A stretch of DNA of 64,000 nt from Nitrospirales bacterium (GCA_965203295.1 CBDBCZ010000017.1:2368001-2432000); one strand, 5' to 3'; counted from the stretch's first letter, positions 1 through 12,900 are shown. The notes: generated by a model from the letters alone, not told the origin. Program-made: numbers and translations.

Positions 1-3000
1 CCAGTTCTTATACATACATCGTGTATATCTGGTTTATACAGTATATACGTATATGTATTTATGAGGCATTTTCATTATGCTGTAAGCATAGTTCTTCTCC
101 ATTGTCATAGGTTGATGGCTGTGACAATGTACGTGTGGCATTAGTGTCCACCATTCCTGCTGTTCTGACATCTGTAGAGAAAGAAATGACATCGACACTG
201 TTTGCATCTGTAATGTAAAGCTGATATGGGAAGCAGATGAGAGGAAATTCTTGTGTAGTTAGTGACTGCATGCATAGACCCTACTTAGGAGCAAGACACG
301 TCATCAAAATATGAATAATCTCTGAGGAGAATAGTAATTTGACTCATATGTTTTCAAGTTTATTTTAGGTGGCCCAATTGTACTATGTATGTCTGATACA
401 TTCCATTTATGCTCCTTGCTGAGATGGTATGCGTAATATATATTTTTCTTTCTCTCCAGTAATATGTAATATGAAATAGGAAACTAGCGAACTGCAGCTG
501 ATTTTAGCCAAGGAGCTACCCAGCGTTGTGTTTGCAGTGTCAAGACAGGATGTGCCACGGTACTGAGGTGCAGTGCAATGTTTCAGAGCTGTAGTTTTAA
601 TTTAGAATTTAGAACGGGTGAGTTTTTAATCTCTCTCTTGCCACTTTATTGTAGTCATGTTCACTATAGGGTTGTAGGTGAGTGATTGCCTCCATAGAGC
701 CCTAACATTATTCAAGCAGAAACTTTATACACTCTCAAGTTATCATATTTTATTCCATAGGGACAGTGTAATTTGGCAAGTTTACGTAGACTCATAGAAT
801 ATGAGACAGTAACTGTTGATAATTTTAAAATGTGACATAAGTATTGCATAATCCTTACATTTATGTGATGCCCTTGCAGATGACTCTTCTGTGATTAGTT
901 CCCCTTGCATACCTTTGTTCACCAATGAGTGTCAGCAAGTTCGGAATGCTATCAGGTACTACATGTACATAATCATAGCTTCACTTGACATACGTAGTAT
1001 CTTTTGATCTAAGCCTGTGTATGTACATTCTGCAAGGTAGCAGTATAACAAGAAATGGAATATTTTAATGTTAATACAAATTATATTTGTCAGATTATAA
1101 ACTATTTGTAGGTATGTATCTTTTAAATGTCAAGTGTATTATTTGTAGCTGTTTTTCTTCACAGGTTCACAGAATAGCAAAAGCTCATACACTAACCCCT
1201 GGGAAGATGCTGTCCCTGTTCAAGGACAATGTTTGTCAGGTGCATTAACTTGTAGGCCTTGTCTGCTATTGGATATGGCCTTAACTGGGAATCTTGGTAC
1301 ATGTTTTGCAGTTTCTTGTGGAGGTACTACATCAGAAGAAGGGTTTCATTTTGAAGGCAGACAAAAAAGGACCATTCTTTCAGGTGCGTGTGTAGACTTC
1401 CTCATGTTGTGAAATGGCATGATGCACAGCGCGCGAATGGCTGGTACTAAGATTGCTTTACGTTTTCTGTCTGTTTGTTTGTTTGTTTGTCTGTTTGTGC
1501 GTCCGCACTTATCACATGCGCCATATATTGCATCATACGTTACTATGCAACTGTAGTGTATAGCAGCTTTTGGAGGTTTGCAGGCCAAGCTACAGCAAAT
1601 GGAGGTAGTTTTGTGTTGCCTAGATGGCGAAAATGTGGTGGGTATCCGTAAAGATCCTGGTTTCTTGGCACATAGCTACTAACTGGAGGTGCATGATGAA
1701 ACTGCTGAGCCAGCACTTTCGCTGTACCACTCTAGTATCTCCGGCTCTACAGCTGTAGTTAAATAGCTTGGCCTAAGCTGAGTTGTGTGTATTGTACGGA
1801 AAAGGCGTCCAGCTGGTTTATTTAGACATGAACTATCAGACTTGTTTTTGTTTTTAGAATTGGTTTAGGGCATTTTTTTTGTACGTGGGTTGTTATATCT
1901 GAAATTGGAATACTACAATAAATTAATTATATGGCGATAAGGATGGTAATGGTGAGACATCTGGTTGCTCTTGCTCTTGTCCTCTGACTGGAGATCTTTC
2001 AAGCTCCGCCTGCGTATGTGGGTGCGTGGTCAATGGCGTATGCGCTACGGCAGCAACATGAGTATATTTATTTATTTAATTAGCGGCAGTAATTGAACAA
2101 AACAGTGATACACACACCCCAGGTAACAAATCAATAACAAGGTTTAGCTGTCTACAGTATATTCCAAAGCTGCTTTTTCTATGCTATTTGTAGTCTGTTC
2201 TATGATAATAGCCATTTTGTAAACCTTCGTAACTTCTTGACAGCATACTGAAATAAATCTTCCTCGGTATTAAATCTTGAAAATTTACTGTTAGTGTGCT
2301 GCATCAAGTACATTTATTGAAGTTATATTGACTGTGAATATAATCTCTTATCCAGAGTCCAAGATCACTACTTGTGGAGTGTTTTAAATACATCTTTTTG
2401 CATCTCGTTTGTAATGGGCAGCAAACAGACCTCAACATTGCATCCAGATTTTTGAAGGTTTTGCAGACGTGTGTACATGTATATGTGTATGCGAGTGTAC
2501 GTATGTGTATAGCCTTTGATTATCAGTTATATAAATACAACCAGAGCATATTAGTAGAGCTCAGGTATTGTAAATGTTTTGAATACAGAAAGGGAAAGTT
2601 AATTTGTAACATAGTTTGACACCCATCTTCCACTTTCAGTCTGAGGGAGACTTTGAGATGACCACTCTGCTTCGATCAGATGTGAAGAATGTCCTCAATC
2701 TCCTACTACTCCACTTGAGCACTCACAGGGAGAGAGTACTGGCTGGGATAAAGATGCTTGCAGAGATGAACCAGTTGGCTGGAGAGGAGAAACCACTGCA
2801 AATGGACAGTGAGAAGCAGATGGTGAGTTAGGATAACATTGCATTGTCTTGACTATGCCATCAGTGGAAGTGGTGTAGGAATAGCCTCATTCCCAGGCCT
2901 CCGCACAGCTTTTATCGCTTGCAGTACAAAAAGCGTGGAAGGCCTGGAATATTTTATCATGTGAATGACGTTGAGGGTAGAGAGAGGGTAGCTTAGAGAG

Positions 3001-3075
3001 ACTTTAAATGAATGTGGGCGAAACTATAGCAACGTGCCCACGCAGAGCCAATTTATCAAGAAGAGTCACACTTCT
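1..3075 (+). repeat. Segmental duplication, copy 1 (near-identical to 34401-37313; runs off the left window edge)
   Basis: Position 1 'ccagttcttatacatacatc' recurs at 34401. The copies stay colinear, with scattered substitutions and indels, until 'gagtcacacttct' (3075 / 37313). Confidence 0.97.
1425..1925 (+). mobile_element. Short interspersed element with a 5' GC-rich hairpin and (GTYT)n microsatellite (HINE/DINE-1-like); boundaries approximate
   Basis: 'gcgcgcgaatggctggtacta..gttttctgtctgtttgtttgtttg..cacttatcac' has relatives near 20530 and 21019 and in the duplicate near 35820. Confidence 0.45.
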
Positions 3076-4889
3076 TACTAATGTACTTAAGCAAGTACTT
3101 CTGATGGGCTTCCCTCATACCCTTTGTGCACTAAACAGCATTTACTGTTTAGTAACTGCTTGGACTGTCCAATGACAGCGTAATAGAAATGAGACAAGTA
3201 ATAGAAAACGTTTGTACAATGCCATGAACTTTATGTAATATTTTATAACCGTGGTAAGAGTTTGTGCCATCAGTTTCTTGCTGCCTTTTACAGATTGACG
3301 GAGAATTTGCTGTTGACCTTTTGGGAGAGCTAGTCCGAGCATACCTAGCAGCCAAGGACACCAGATCTCAGGTACCACATGTATACTAAGAGTATCAACA
3401 CCTTAAAACCACTAGGCCCTTAAGATTATTTAAGATGTTAATATAGAAAGGAAAGTAGGAAATCCTTTGTGATACCTATAACCTTTTTGCTTCACACCTG
3501 GCTTTGTATACTGTATAGCGCTTAAATTTCGTGGGTCTTTAATTTCACCAATTTCGCGAATTTGGAAAGAAATTTGTGTTTATGCATGGTTAGCTAATCG
3601 CATGAAACATGATAGGCACAATGCTCTGAACTTAGAACTTGGAGTTCTTCTCTATTGGCTAGTAGTATGGAGCTTCAGAAGTTCTTTTCTCTAGGCTTGG
3701 AGCACTATATATTGTGTACTGGTTGTTCCCTTTTCTTGTTGTGTTTTTGAATGCCTGCTCGTTGTACGGGATAAGTATGTATAACCTAGACAGCAATCTT
3801 TCTCTGAATATGCAGCATGACATCAGCCTTGCTCTGTATGTGTTACCACATGTCCTAACATGCCTGCTCAGGCAAGGATCACCTGCAGTACTTAAAGAGG
3901 TGTGTAAGTACATGTACGTACATGTGGAATGTGCATTACTTGCTGCTGCTTGTTCACCTCTGAATTATAATAATTATGGTCCTAAGTTTTAGCTACAACT
4001 TTAGGTTGATTTTTTAAAACCAAATGTAATACGGCTGGAAACCAATTCATTTTGGGTAGTCAATAGTTTGCAGGCCACAGTTGGCTCATATCTCAGTGCC
4101 ACTAGCATAGAAGTAGTATCTAGTGTGTTTTTATATTTTCCATCTGAAAAACCAGCTTGAAAATTTCAAATTAATCACCTGGGGCTTAGTTTAGCAGCAG
4201 GTAGGCCAAGCTAATTGCAGCTGTAGAAGACTGTCTGTCTCATCCTGTATAAACAGATAAATAATGGTCATGGAACACACAGTTCGGCAGCTCGGTAGTT
4301 GGTAGCTGTAACTTGCAAAAGCAGAATATCGTCCACTTTTTCGCCATCTGGACAGCACAAAACTATTATACTTACTTGCTGTTGCTTGGCCTACAAAACT
4401 CCAAAAGCTGCTAATAGACTGCAGTTGTATAGTGGTTTGTGACATACTATTGCACATGTGATAAATGTTGACACACAAGCAGGCAACATACATATGGGGA
4501 AAACATCTTAGCCCTGTCCCTGCAGCAGCTACCGTAGGACTAGTTGTAATTGCGTAGTGAAAACATTGCATATACAGTGCTCCAAAGTAAAAATGTCAAC
4601 TTTTTGATTTATAGACATTTTGCTTACAAGAATTAAAAATTTTGGCATGTTTCTACCTGTGATCGTTCATTAAACAAGTACATTACCTTTCCTTGCACAA
4701 AGTCTTGATAATAAAAGAGTTAAACGCACCCTCCGCATAGCGCTAATACAAATCCGCCATGTTCTTGTGACATCACGCAAAAATCGTGATATCACAACCA
4801 CGCTGAGGCGCGCGCACTCATATGATGTCATCGCTAGCCTTGCGCGTACGCGTGCACGTTCAAATTCCCCACGGATCGAGTTTCTTCCT

Positions 4890-6737
4890 ATGTCAACTGT
4901 AGCTGCTAAACCAACAACCGGTTCTTTTCAGAACCAGACTTCAACAGAAGCCACTGAGCTGACAACCAGTTCTTCTCAGAACTATGTTTCCACTACTCCT
5001 CAGTCCAAGGCTTCCAGGAAGAGGGGAATAGCAGCCCTGCTGGCAGATGTTACAAACCAGACTGTGCCAGCAAAGCGTGCCTGCATCACCCAGACCAGAG
5101 AGAAGATCTCACAGCAAATACCACAGGCAAAAGCTCCAAGGGGACTTTCAAGTGTGGCATTGCATTCAAACAAGTCCGGAGAGCCAGAGAATGAGCCTGT
5201 GATTAGGAAGTCCCCACGACAGCACCAACTCAACGAGCCAGAGGTTGAAGCTGTAACCCTTGGACGCTTGGTGAAACACGAACATACAGCTGTTGAAATG
5301 GCTAGCCTGTGCATGGCGGCTGACGTGGCAGAGCAACTCTCTCCTTTGCTGCTCGGTACCTTCCAGGTTTCAGAGTAAGTGTACGTAGAATCATAGATAT
5401 GTATGGTAGAATGAACGTTCGTTTGCATGCGTGCAATCATGGGTGCAATCAGTTTGGCTTGTGAGCCAGAATGTGCTCTCTGGATCACGAGACTAGGATG
5501 AAGCATAGATATCTATGCATGTCATGTAGCTAGTATGACCTACAGTAACTTTTATCCTGTTCTTTTACAGAGTAATTGCATCACCTGTGTACTCCAGAGC
5601 TACTGATGGCAACAGAAGCTGGCGGTACAGGGTCATTGATGTTAACATCTCCATCAGTGGCTCTGTACTATTGCTGGAAGGTGTCCGAACAGCACTGGAG
5701 AGCATCCACTCTGTCTTACCTAGGCTGTGGTTTGCTGAGATAAGTCCTTCTGTACCCACTTCTCCTTCCTGCGTCTCTACATCTTCTCCTCCTGCATGTA
5801 CTTCCCCTGACGAACTGTTTTGTGTCTCCCTTCTTACCGTACCTTCCTGCATCCCCACACCTCCCTCTTGCATCCCCACACCTTCCTCTTACATCCCCAC
5901 ACCTCCCTCTTGGATCCCCACCCCTCCCTCTTGCATCCCCACACCTCCCTCTTGCATCCCCACACCTCCCTCTTGGATCCCCACCCCTCCCTCTTGCATC
6001 CCCACACCTCCCTCTTACATCCCCACACCTCCCTCTTGGATCCCCACCCCTCCCTCTTGCATCCCCACACCTCCCTCTTGCATCCCCACACCTCCCTCTT
6101 ACATCCCCACACCTCCCTCTTGGATCCCCACACCTCCCTCTTGCATCCCCACACCTCCCTCTTGGATCCCCACACCTCCCTCTTGGATCCCCACACCTCC
6201 CTCTTGCATCCCCACACCTCCCTCTTGCATCCCCACATCTCTCTCTTGCGTCTCCACATCTCCCTCTTACATCCCCACATCTCTCTCTTGCGTCTCCACA
6301 TCTCCTCCTCCTACTCGTACTTCCCCTGACCCTCTCGACGAACTGTTTTGTGTGTCCCTTCCTTCATCGCCTCCACATCTTCTTGCATCTCCACACCTCC
6401 TCCTCCTAAACGTACTCGTACTTCCCCTGACCCTCTCGACGAACTGTTTTGTGTGTCCCTTCCTTCTGTACCTTCCTGCATCCCCACATCTCCCTCTTGC
6501 GTCTCCACATCTCCTCCTCCTACTCGTACTTCCACTGACCCTCTCGACGAACTGTTTTGTGTGTCCCTTCCTACTGTACCTTCTTCTCCTTCCTGCGACT
6601 CCACATCTGCTTCTCTTCCTGCATGTGACTGCTTTGCCTTTGACTCAGCCTCTGTTCTTACAAATTCTGCTATACCAGATAGCTCTATTTTTCTTGACTC
6701 TCCTATCTCTACTCCTCCTCCTTCTCCAATAATTTAA
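4890..6737 (+). CDS. Second transposon gene (spliced 4890-5374 + 5571-): low-complexity N-terminus, C-terminal half of a HIRAN-like domain, Pro/Ser-rich repeats; frameshift near 6365
   Basis: ATG at 4890. Phase-2 intron GA|gtaagt..ttttacag|A joins ORF 4767-5378 in frame to ORF 5587-6732. After ~6365 the repeat motifs (RTSPDPLDELFCVSLP) continue in the 6348-6737 frame. Confidence 0.65.
5851..6312 (+). repeat. 21-bp coding minisatellite, ~22 units (IPTPPS[C/W/Y]), within longer ~100-110-bp repeats
   Basis: Unit atccccacacctccctcttgc. The marker 'gacgaactgttttgtgt' recurs near 5810, 6337, 6438 and 6546. Confidence 0.97.
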
Positions 6738-6867
6738 AACTGTCCCCACCCCCACATCATCACACCTTTCTGAACCGGTTATTCTTAAAACCACCCCATT
6801 ACAAATGATTTCACCTGTTTGCAGTTTAGCACCATACGTTCCAATATTCAGATCTTACGAGTAGTCA

Positions 6868-7215
6868 TACATAAATTGCTAGAAAGGAATTAAATAATGT
6901 CCATAGAAGTGAAAAGGTTTTAAGGAGTAAAGGAAGTGAACAATATAAAGCAAATATAATTGGCATGGAGGGGTGATACATACCATAATCCTTATGAGTT
7001 CACTAGAAAACTTATCAGAAATGATATTTAAATTTCAGTTTCTATAAATTGCTAGAAAGTAATGCCCATGCAATTGAAAACGCTTAAGGAGTACAGGAAA
7101 TGTACAATATAAATAAAGTTAGCAAATAAAACATGCTTGGGGTAAAACATACCATAATCCTTAGTTCACTAGAAAATCAGAAATATCTCTATAAATTACT
7201 GGAAAGGAATTGAAT
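6868..7215. repeat. Three degenerate AT-rich ~150-175-bp repeats between the converging 3' ends of the transposon genes
   Basis: 'ataaattgctagaaag'-like motif near 6870, 7044 and 7191; 'cataccataatcctta..gttcactagaaaa' occurs twice. Confidence 0.75.
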
Positions 7216-7244
7216 TAAGGCTATTAAAAGGTAAATGTAAATTT

Positions 7245-8981
7245 CTACTTATCAGTATCAAACACACGCCTATGGGATTTGTATGATTTCACCTTTTCAT
7301 CAACGTTCCAGCATGTAGAGCCTTCCCTATATGCTCTCAAATAATCCCTGGCTTTCCTCATAAATTTCATGATTAGTTCTTGGCTGCAACTGTACATGTC
7401 CAGACTTTCTGGAACAATTTTCCTCAAGCGCACTATGGAACCATTTGCATGGGCTCTAGTGTGCTTTTTAGCATGACACCAGCATCGTTCTATAGGGTTC
7501 AGTTCACAGTGAAACTTTGGGTAGTACATGCACAGATGCCCTCTTGCCTCTATCATTTCCTCAAGTATAGTTTTTTTGTTAGAGAAGTCTTCATACTGGT
7601 TCAGGATTTCTCTCATCTTGAGCGCAACCATCCCATCTGTATTTATCCCTCTCTCCTGCAGGACGATTTTCATCCCTTTTGCACGACCATCTGCCAATAC
7701 CATCGTCTGGGGTTTCCCATCAAAAACAGTGTCTCTAAATATCGGCTGCTTTCCCCCAGGACCAACATTCATGCGCTCTGCGTTGAGGGCATCGTCACTG
7801 ACTTTACAGTGGGATGGAGCGTTGTCGAAAAGAAACAATGCCTGAGAATCGGGGAATTTCTTCTCAAAAATATTGATGGCACCATCTACTTGCTCCAGGA
7901 GTTTGTCATTGTTGAAGTAGCCATCACTCTGTGTCTCAAGAAGTAGCCTGGCCTGATCCCCATCGTGCTTCAAATAGTCATTTGTTGACTCTTCTATGAA
8001 GTCAGAGACCATGATAGCCTGGCCCAGTGACTTCTGCTTTAACGCTTGGATCGTGTCGTCTCCCCAGTAGGAGGACTGGTCTGCGTTTGCGTAGAACGTC
8101 GACTCGTCATGATGAACGATGACTATGGGCTTTTCATTCTCGAGCAGTTGAGGAGGGTGATTGCCATACTCACACCTGCGATCAAGGTCGTCCAACTTCT
8201 GAACGAATTTGTGGCGATACTGGACAATGTCGTCTCTCTCATGCCCATCAAAATACATACCTTTATGGTGGTGTGTCTGTGAGAACCCAAGGTTATGCAA
8301 CCACAGCCGTGCGGTCTCTGCACACACATCAACATGGTATATTTCTTGGATCCAACCCAGAAACATGTTGGCCGTTAAGTTGGGCTCACCTCGTCTGTGG
8401 GCACGTGATCTGACGTACTCCCTCGCCTTGAGACGAAATTCTTCGTCATTGATCAAGCTTCTTTGCCAAGATGCTTTGGTTCTCCCACTTTCAAACGAGA
8501 GAAGATCAGTGATGGCTTCATCAGTCACAGCATCCGGCGAAATTCCAACCATTGACTCGATGAATGCATTTGCCCACTTTCTCACGGACCTCGTGGATGC
8601 CCCTGTCACATCTGCTGCCATTTGAAGAGCCTGGAGGATACCGTATCCCCATGTTGTTGCAGCCTTGATAAACACTTGAATCCCAATTGCCCTTTGTATT
8701 GCATTTTCTGTATTTCTCTCTATGTATCCCTCAAAATGTCCCAGCAGTAAACTTCGACCACGACGCACTATTCTTACATCTACACAGTTACTGTCATAGG
8801 GATTGTCAGGCCTCCTTACAAACTCCACGCAATCTCCAACCCTGGATCCACACACTGATAAGCTATAAAACGCAACGCCACGGACCTGGGCAACAAAGCG
8901 AGCCAGCACCGCTCCAGTCATCGTCGCCATCTTCTGGCCGGCCAAGGATATTGCATTCTTGTGGTTGCTGACGCATTTCAT
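7245..8981 (-). CDS. DDE transposase (IS630/Tc1/mariner-like, long D-E spacer) with an N-terminal half-HIRAN domain
   Basis: Open 578-aa ORF with an HTH-like region (TARLWLHNLGF) and catalytic motifs HHDESTFYAN, FLFDNAPSH and YPKFHCELNPIERCW. Hand count gives ~111 residues between the second D and the E. The N-terminal 82 aa contain VRGVAFY..VEFVRRPDNPYDSNCVDV..LLGH (HIRAN-like). Confidence 0.93.
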   Translation of the reverse strand: MKCVSNHKNAISLAGQKMATMTGAVLARFVAQVRGVAFYSLSVCGSRVGDCVEFVRRPDNPYDSNCVDVRIVRRGRSLLLGHFEGYIERNTENAIQRAIGIQVFIKAATTWGYGILQALQMAADVTGASTRSVRKWANAFIESMVGISPDAVTDEAITDLLSFESGRTKASWQRSLINDEEFRLKAREYVRSRAHRRGEPNLTANMFLGWIQEIYHVDVCAETARLWLHNLGFSQTHHHKGMYFDGHERDDIVQYRHKFVQKLDDLDRRCEYGNHPPQLLENEKPIVIVHHDESTFYANADQSSYWGDDTIQALKQKSLGQAIMVSDFIEESTNDYLKHDGDQARLLLETQSDGYFNNDKLLEQVDGAINIFEKKFPDSQALFLFDNAPSHCKVSDDALNAERMNVGPGGKQPIFRDTVFDGKPQTMVLADGRAKGMKIVLQERGINTDGMVALKMREILNQYEDFSNKKTILEEMIEARGHLCMYYPKFHCELNPIERCWCHAKKHTRAHANGSIVRLRKIVPESLDMYSCSQELIMKFMRKARDYLRAYREGSTCWNVDEKVKSYKSHRRVFDTDK

Positions 8982-11900
8982 ACGATTCCCGTTTGCGTAA
9001 TCGTCATATTACATCATCAAAACGCTGAAAAGTCTTGTCAAGAGACAAAAATGAACGTAGCAACAAGACCGTTCACCCTATAAAGGTGAATTTTGGATAT
9101 TTTATAGAACTACACCTTTTTAGCAAGTAAGAGTAATATGAGCTCTTAACTATCAGTAATTTATGTTTTAATCGCTAAAAACTTCTGGCCTATCAAACTG
9201 TTCATTTTGTATTACCATCACCATGTACTTTTGAGTTAGGCTTCCAAAACTGCAACATTGATGTATCCTTATGAGAAGAATGTTACACAATGGTTTGGGT
9301 TCTTAAATAGTATATGTTCTTAAGCTTTTGTCTAAAAACTAAATTCTGAACCAGTTCAGTATGAGAAGCCATACAGGCACAAGTATGCTGGTTAATGAGG
9401 TGCAATTTTCACTGAAGTTGCATAAGTAATAGCTGTCTACATTTCCCAGGTCAAAATTGACATCTGCTTTCAAATTTTCTCATCACACAAAGAAAAGTAC
9501 AGTAGTCTAAAGTTGACATTTTTACTTTGGAGCACTGTATATGTTTCGATACAATTGTGTATTTGTTAGTTACGTTGTTGCGTGCATGTCTATTATGTAC
9601 GTGCGTGCTGCATAATGCAAGATTGTGTTTTAATTTTTGCGAGCTCCCTTAAAAACTCGTATTCGCAATTATTAGATTATCCCAATTAAAATGGTATAGA
9701 GCACACCAACAACTGCCGTTTTTGTCCATCATGCTTTCACTATTCAGATACACACTGAAGTGATGACTGTTCTGAATCATTCAGCTGCCAGCAAAGATCT
9801 GGATTATGGAGGTACATGTATAGTAAATCAAATCTCTGAACTGCAGGGTGATTATCATGTAATGTTCCCTTCAAGATTCTACCAACATGCGTACCCAGAC
9901 TATATTCACTGCCATGGACCACTTCACTGCTTGGGCCAATGGAAAAAAACACAGCTGCTACTGTGAGAAAGGCCAAAGGACAGACACAGAAAGGTAAACA
10001 CATGCTCTGTGTATGACATTTACTTTAAATGTATGTACATTAACTGTTTTCTAAACTTTGTAACGATTCTATTGCATATACGCAGATGTTGTAGTACAAT
10101 TTTTGTGCGGTTGATCTGATTAATTTTGAGGAGTTTTGGTTGGCAAGAAGAGTATTAAAATGTCTGTAGATGCTAGTGCCTAGTCTGCTTGATGTTGTAC
10201 AGTGCATGTTATTTCTCCTAGCCTTCTGGGCAAAAAATATTGCAACTTGTAGTAGGTTAGCCACAGTAATAATGGAAATTGGCACTCCACGAAAATAACA
10301 CCCTCTACTGTATCCCTTCACTGCAGACAATTTTGAAGAAGTGGAAGAGGTTATAAATTTTTTGGACAGCATTCCCAAGGTGAGTGCTAGTGGATGTGTT
10401 CATTATTAAGAAATAATACAGAGGGGTCTGCAAGTGAGCATATCTATCACACAGCAAAATTTGACAATAACTCAAGCTCGTTTGTCTTTGTTTTGGAGTG
10501 TATAAAAGTGGTTAATTGCCTTAGACTTAACAGTTCAGCTGTATACGTGCTTCTTATCTGAACATACATGACCAGGGTCACTGGGTAGCTGCTAGAAAGT
10601 GATTGGTGGTTCGATTCTTCCATCCCTTTCCCCCTGGGTGGCATAGAAGGCAAGATCCGTGATTGACAATCAAGCACATCGTGCACACGGAGCAGCTTAC
10701 AGCCACTACTCGGAGAAACAAGAGAACTTCAAGATAAACTAGTACGTACATAGATGATTACAGAGTCACAAAAACTATCAGTTACTTTCCAGATCCTTCC
10801 GCTTACTATACTCATATACTGCCTATATACTACTCCCTGCATGTGACTCGGCTTGTTCATGGATACATTTACTGACATTTTCCTGTAAAACTTTGCACAT
10901 GTGCGAGCAGTGGATACTAAGCACCACTTTCGATGTTTGAGTACCTGGGAACGAGGCTAGGTTGTGATGTATATAGAGCTCACCTACTCTTCCGCTGCAA
11001 AATAGTAGTGCGCTATCCTACTGGGCTGTAGTTAATTCACCTTCGAGTTGGGACTGAAGTGGTAGGTATCCCGTGGAATCTGAGTAGCAAGATTGAACTA
11101 TTAATTCACACTGCCAACTGTATCTCCTGCTACACACATGCACACAGTTAGCCTAGTTACACTCACTGTTGAATGTATATCTGCATGTTTACCCTGATAG
11201 GCTGCGGCCATAAAATTTAACTTCCCAGAAATTCACATATCCAGCTAGCTAAAGGTTTTCCTCTGAAATTGTTTACACGTGAATTGTGACATCATCAATT
11301 ACGAGTGATGCAAGCACTCTGTAAAGGTAGTTATAACTCACTAGCAAGGTCCCATACATTGCAAGGAGTTACTTGTTTGCAGAAATAAGGGATACAGTAG
11401 AAGAAAAGCTCTCTCTCTCTCATAAGAGAATACACAACTGAAGTGAAAATGTAAATTTCCTTCTCATTGGCTCTGTCAGCATTTCGGTGCCAGGTCTACA
11501 CTAGGTCTCTGATGTATCTGGAGTCCTTCCTGTCAACAAATCTGGATGCTCTTCAAAAGAGCCTTGGCTTCCTACAATTCAATTTTATTCGTAGGAGTGT
11601 ATAAAACTAACCGTCATTATATAGTACGTTGCACAAATTTAAATCTTTGTGAGAGGCTCACAAATATTTTGTCAGACCGCTTTTGTAGTGACTGTTCACG
11701 ATGCATGCTCATTGCAAAGGTGACGCTCATCACACAGGATAGGTACATGTATGTGAAGCTTTATGATTGATAGTTAAAGTAAACGTGAACTTCACAGACT
11801 ATAGATGTCATGTATTTCTCGAAGGAGAGCATACACCCCATATTGTGGGGTATGAGGAATGCCTGGAAATACTGATTACCAAACCAGTATAATTGACTAG

Positions 11901-12545
11901 GCAAGTTTAAGGAGGTGGAGCTTCAGTAAAGGCAACAAATCATTTACAAAGGCACTTTATTGTGCATCTGTACATTTCTAACAGTTGTGGCTGTAACTGC
12001 TGGCGTGTGGTACCATTTACCACACTCTCTTAGCCGGTACAATGTAGCAAGGCTACTGGGCACCCTTAGCCTCGTCCCCAGGCTCTCATATGGCCCACAG
12101 CTAGCTACAGTCGGTGCAGGTAAATTAACTGTGCCTCAATTCATATGGTACGGTTTTTATCATCTGCAGAGCTCAGATATTGTCATATATATTCTTTGCA
12201 ACATAGTCATACGTAATCTAGATGATCTTAAATTCAGGACACCAGATTATATAGTTCTTAGTATTTTGCAAGACATGGAGAGCTACATGTATCCGTTTAG
12301 TATCTCATAGTTTGAGGTTAGCCCCCAGCCAGAAGTGGAAAAATTCACAATTGTATACAGCTTTGTCACTCATAGCTCGATAGCACGAAAACTGCGGTCA
12401 CAAACTATGTAGGGCTAAAGTTTGAAGAGGGACTGGAGAAGAAGCCCTGGAACAAAAACGACAGTCCTTCCACTGCATATGTGCTATGCTCACTTACCTG
12501 CCAGTGAAAGGGTAGTTCACACATGAAGTAGACAATGTCAGCAGT

Positions 12546-12900
<355 letters not shown>

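Larger units (their letters stand above)
4575..9537. mobile_element. Full-length IS630/Tc1/mariner-superfamily DNA transposon (4,963 bp) with two convergent genes, inserted in an ATR intron
   Basis: Perfect 29-bp TIRs: cagtgctccaaagtaaaaatgtcaacttt (4575-4603) and its reverse complement (9509-9537). Both ends are flanked by TA (TATA). An internal DDE transposase ORF is present. Confidence 0.96.

Noticed and set aside
5851..6312. CRISPR-like array
   Set aside because: Head-to-tail repeats with no unique spacers, no cas genes and a eukaryotic context.
5820..6409. Alternative-frame ORFs (HPHTSLL, ASPHLPL, REVWGCK repeats)
   Set aside because: By-products of a stop-free 21-bp repeat; only the IPTPPS frame links to the spliced upstream exon.
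8600..8625. Second 'MAADV' peptide as the inversion crossover point
   Set aside because: A crossover here would not rebuild a contiguous HIRAN domain, and the DNA match is weak; treated as coincidence.
7380..8971. Plus-strand ORFs overlapping the transposase
   Set aside because: Antisense shadows with no recognisable motifs.
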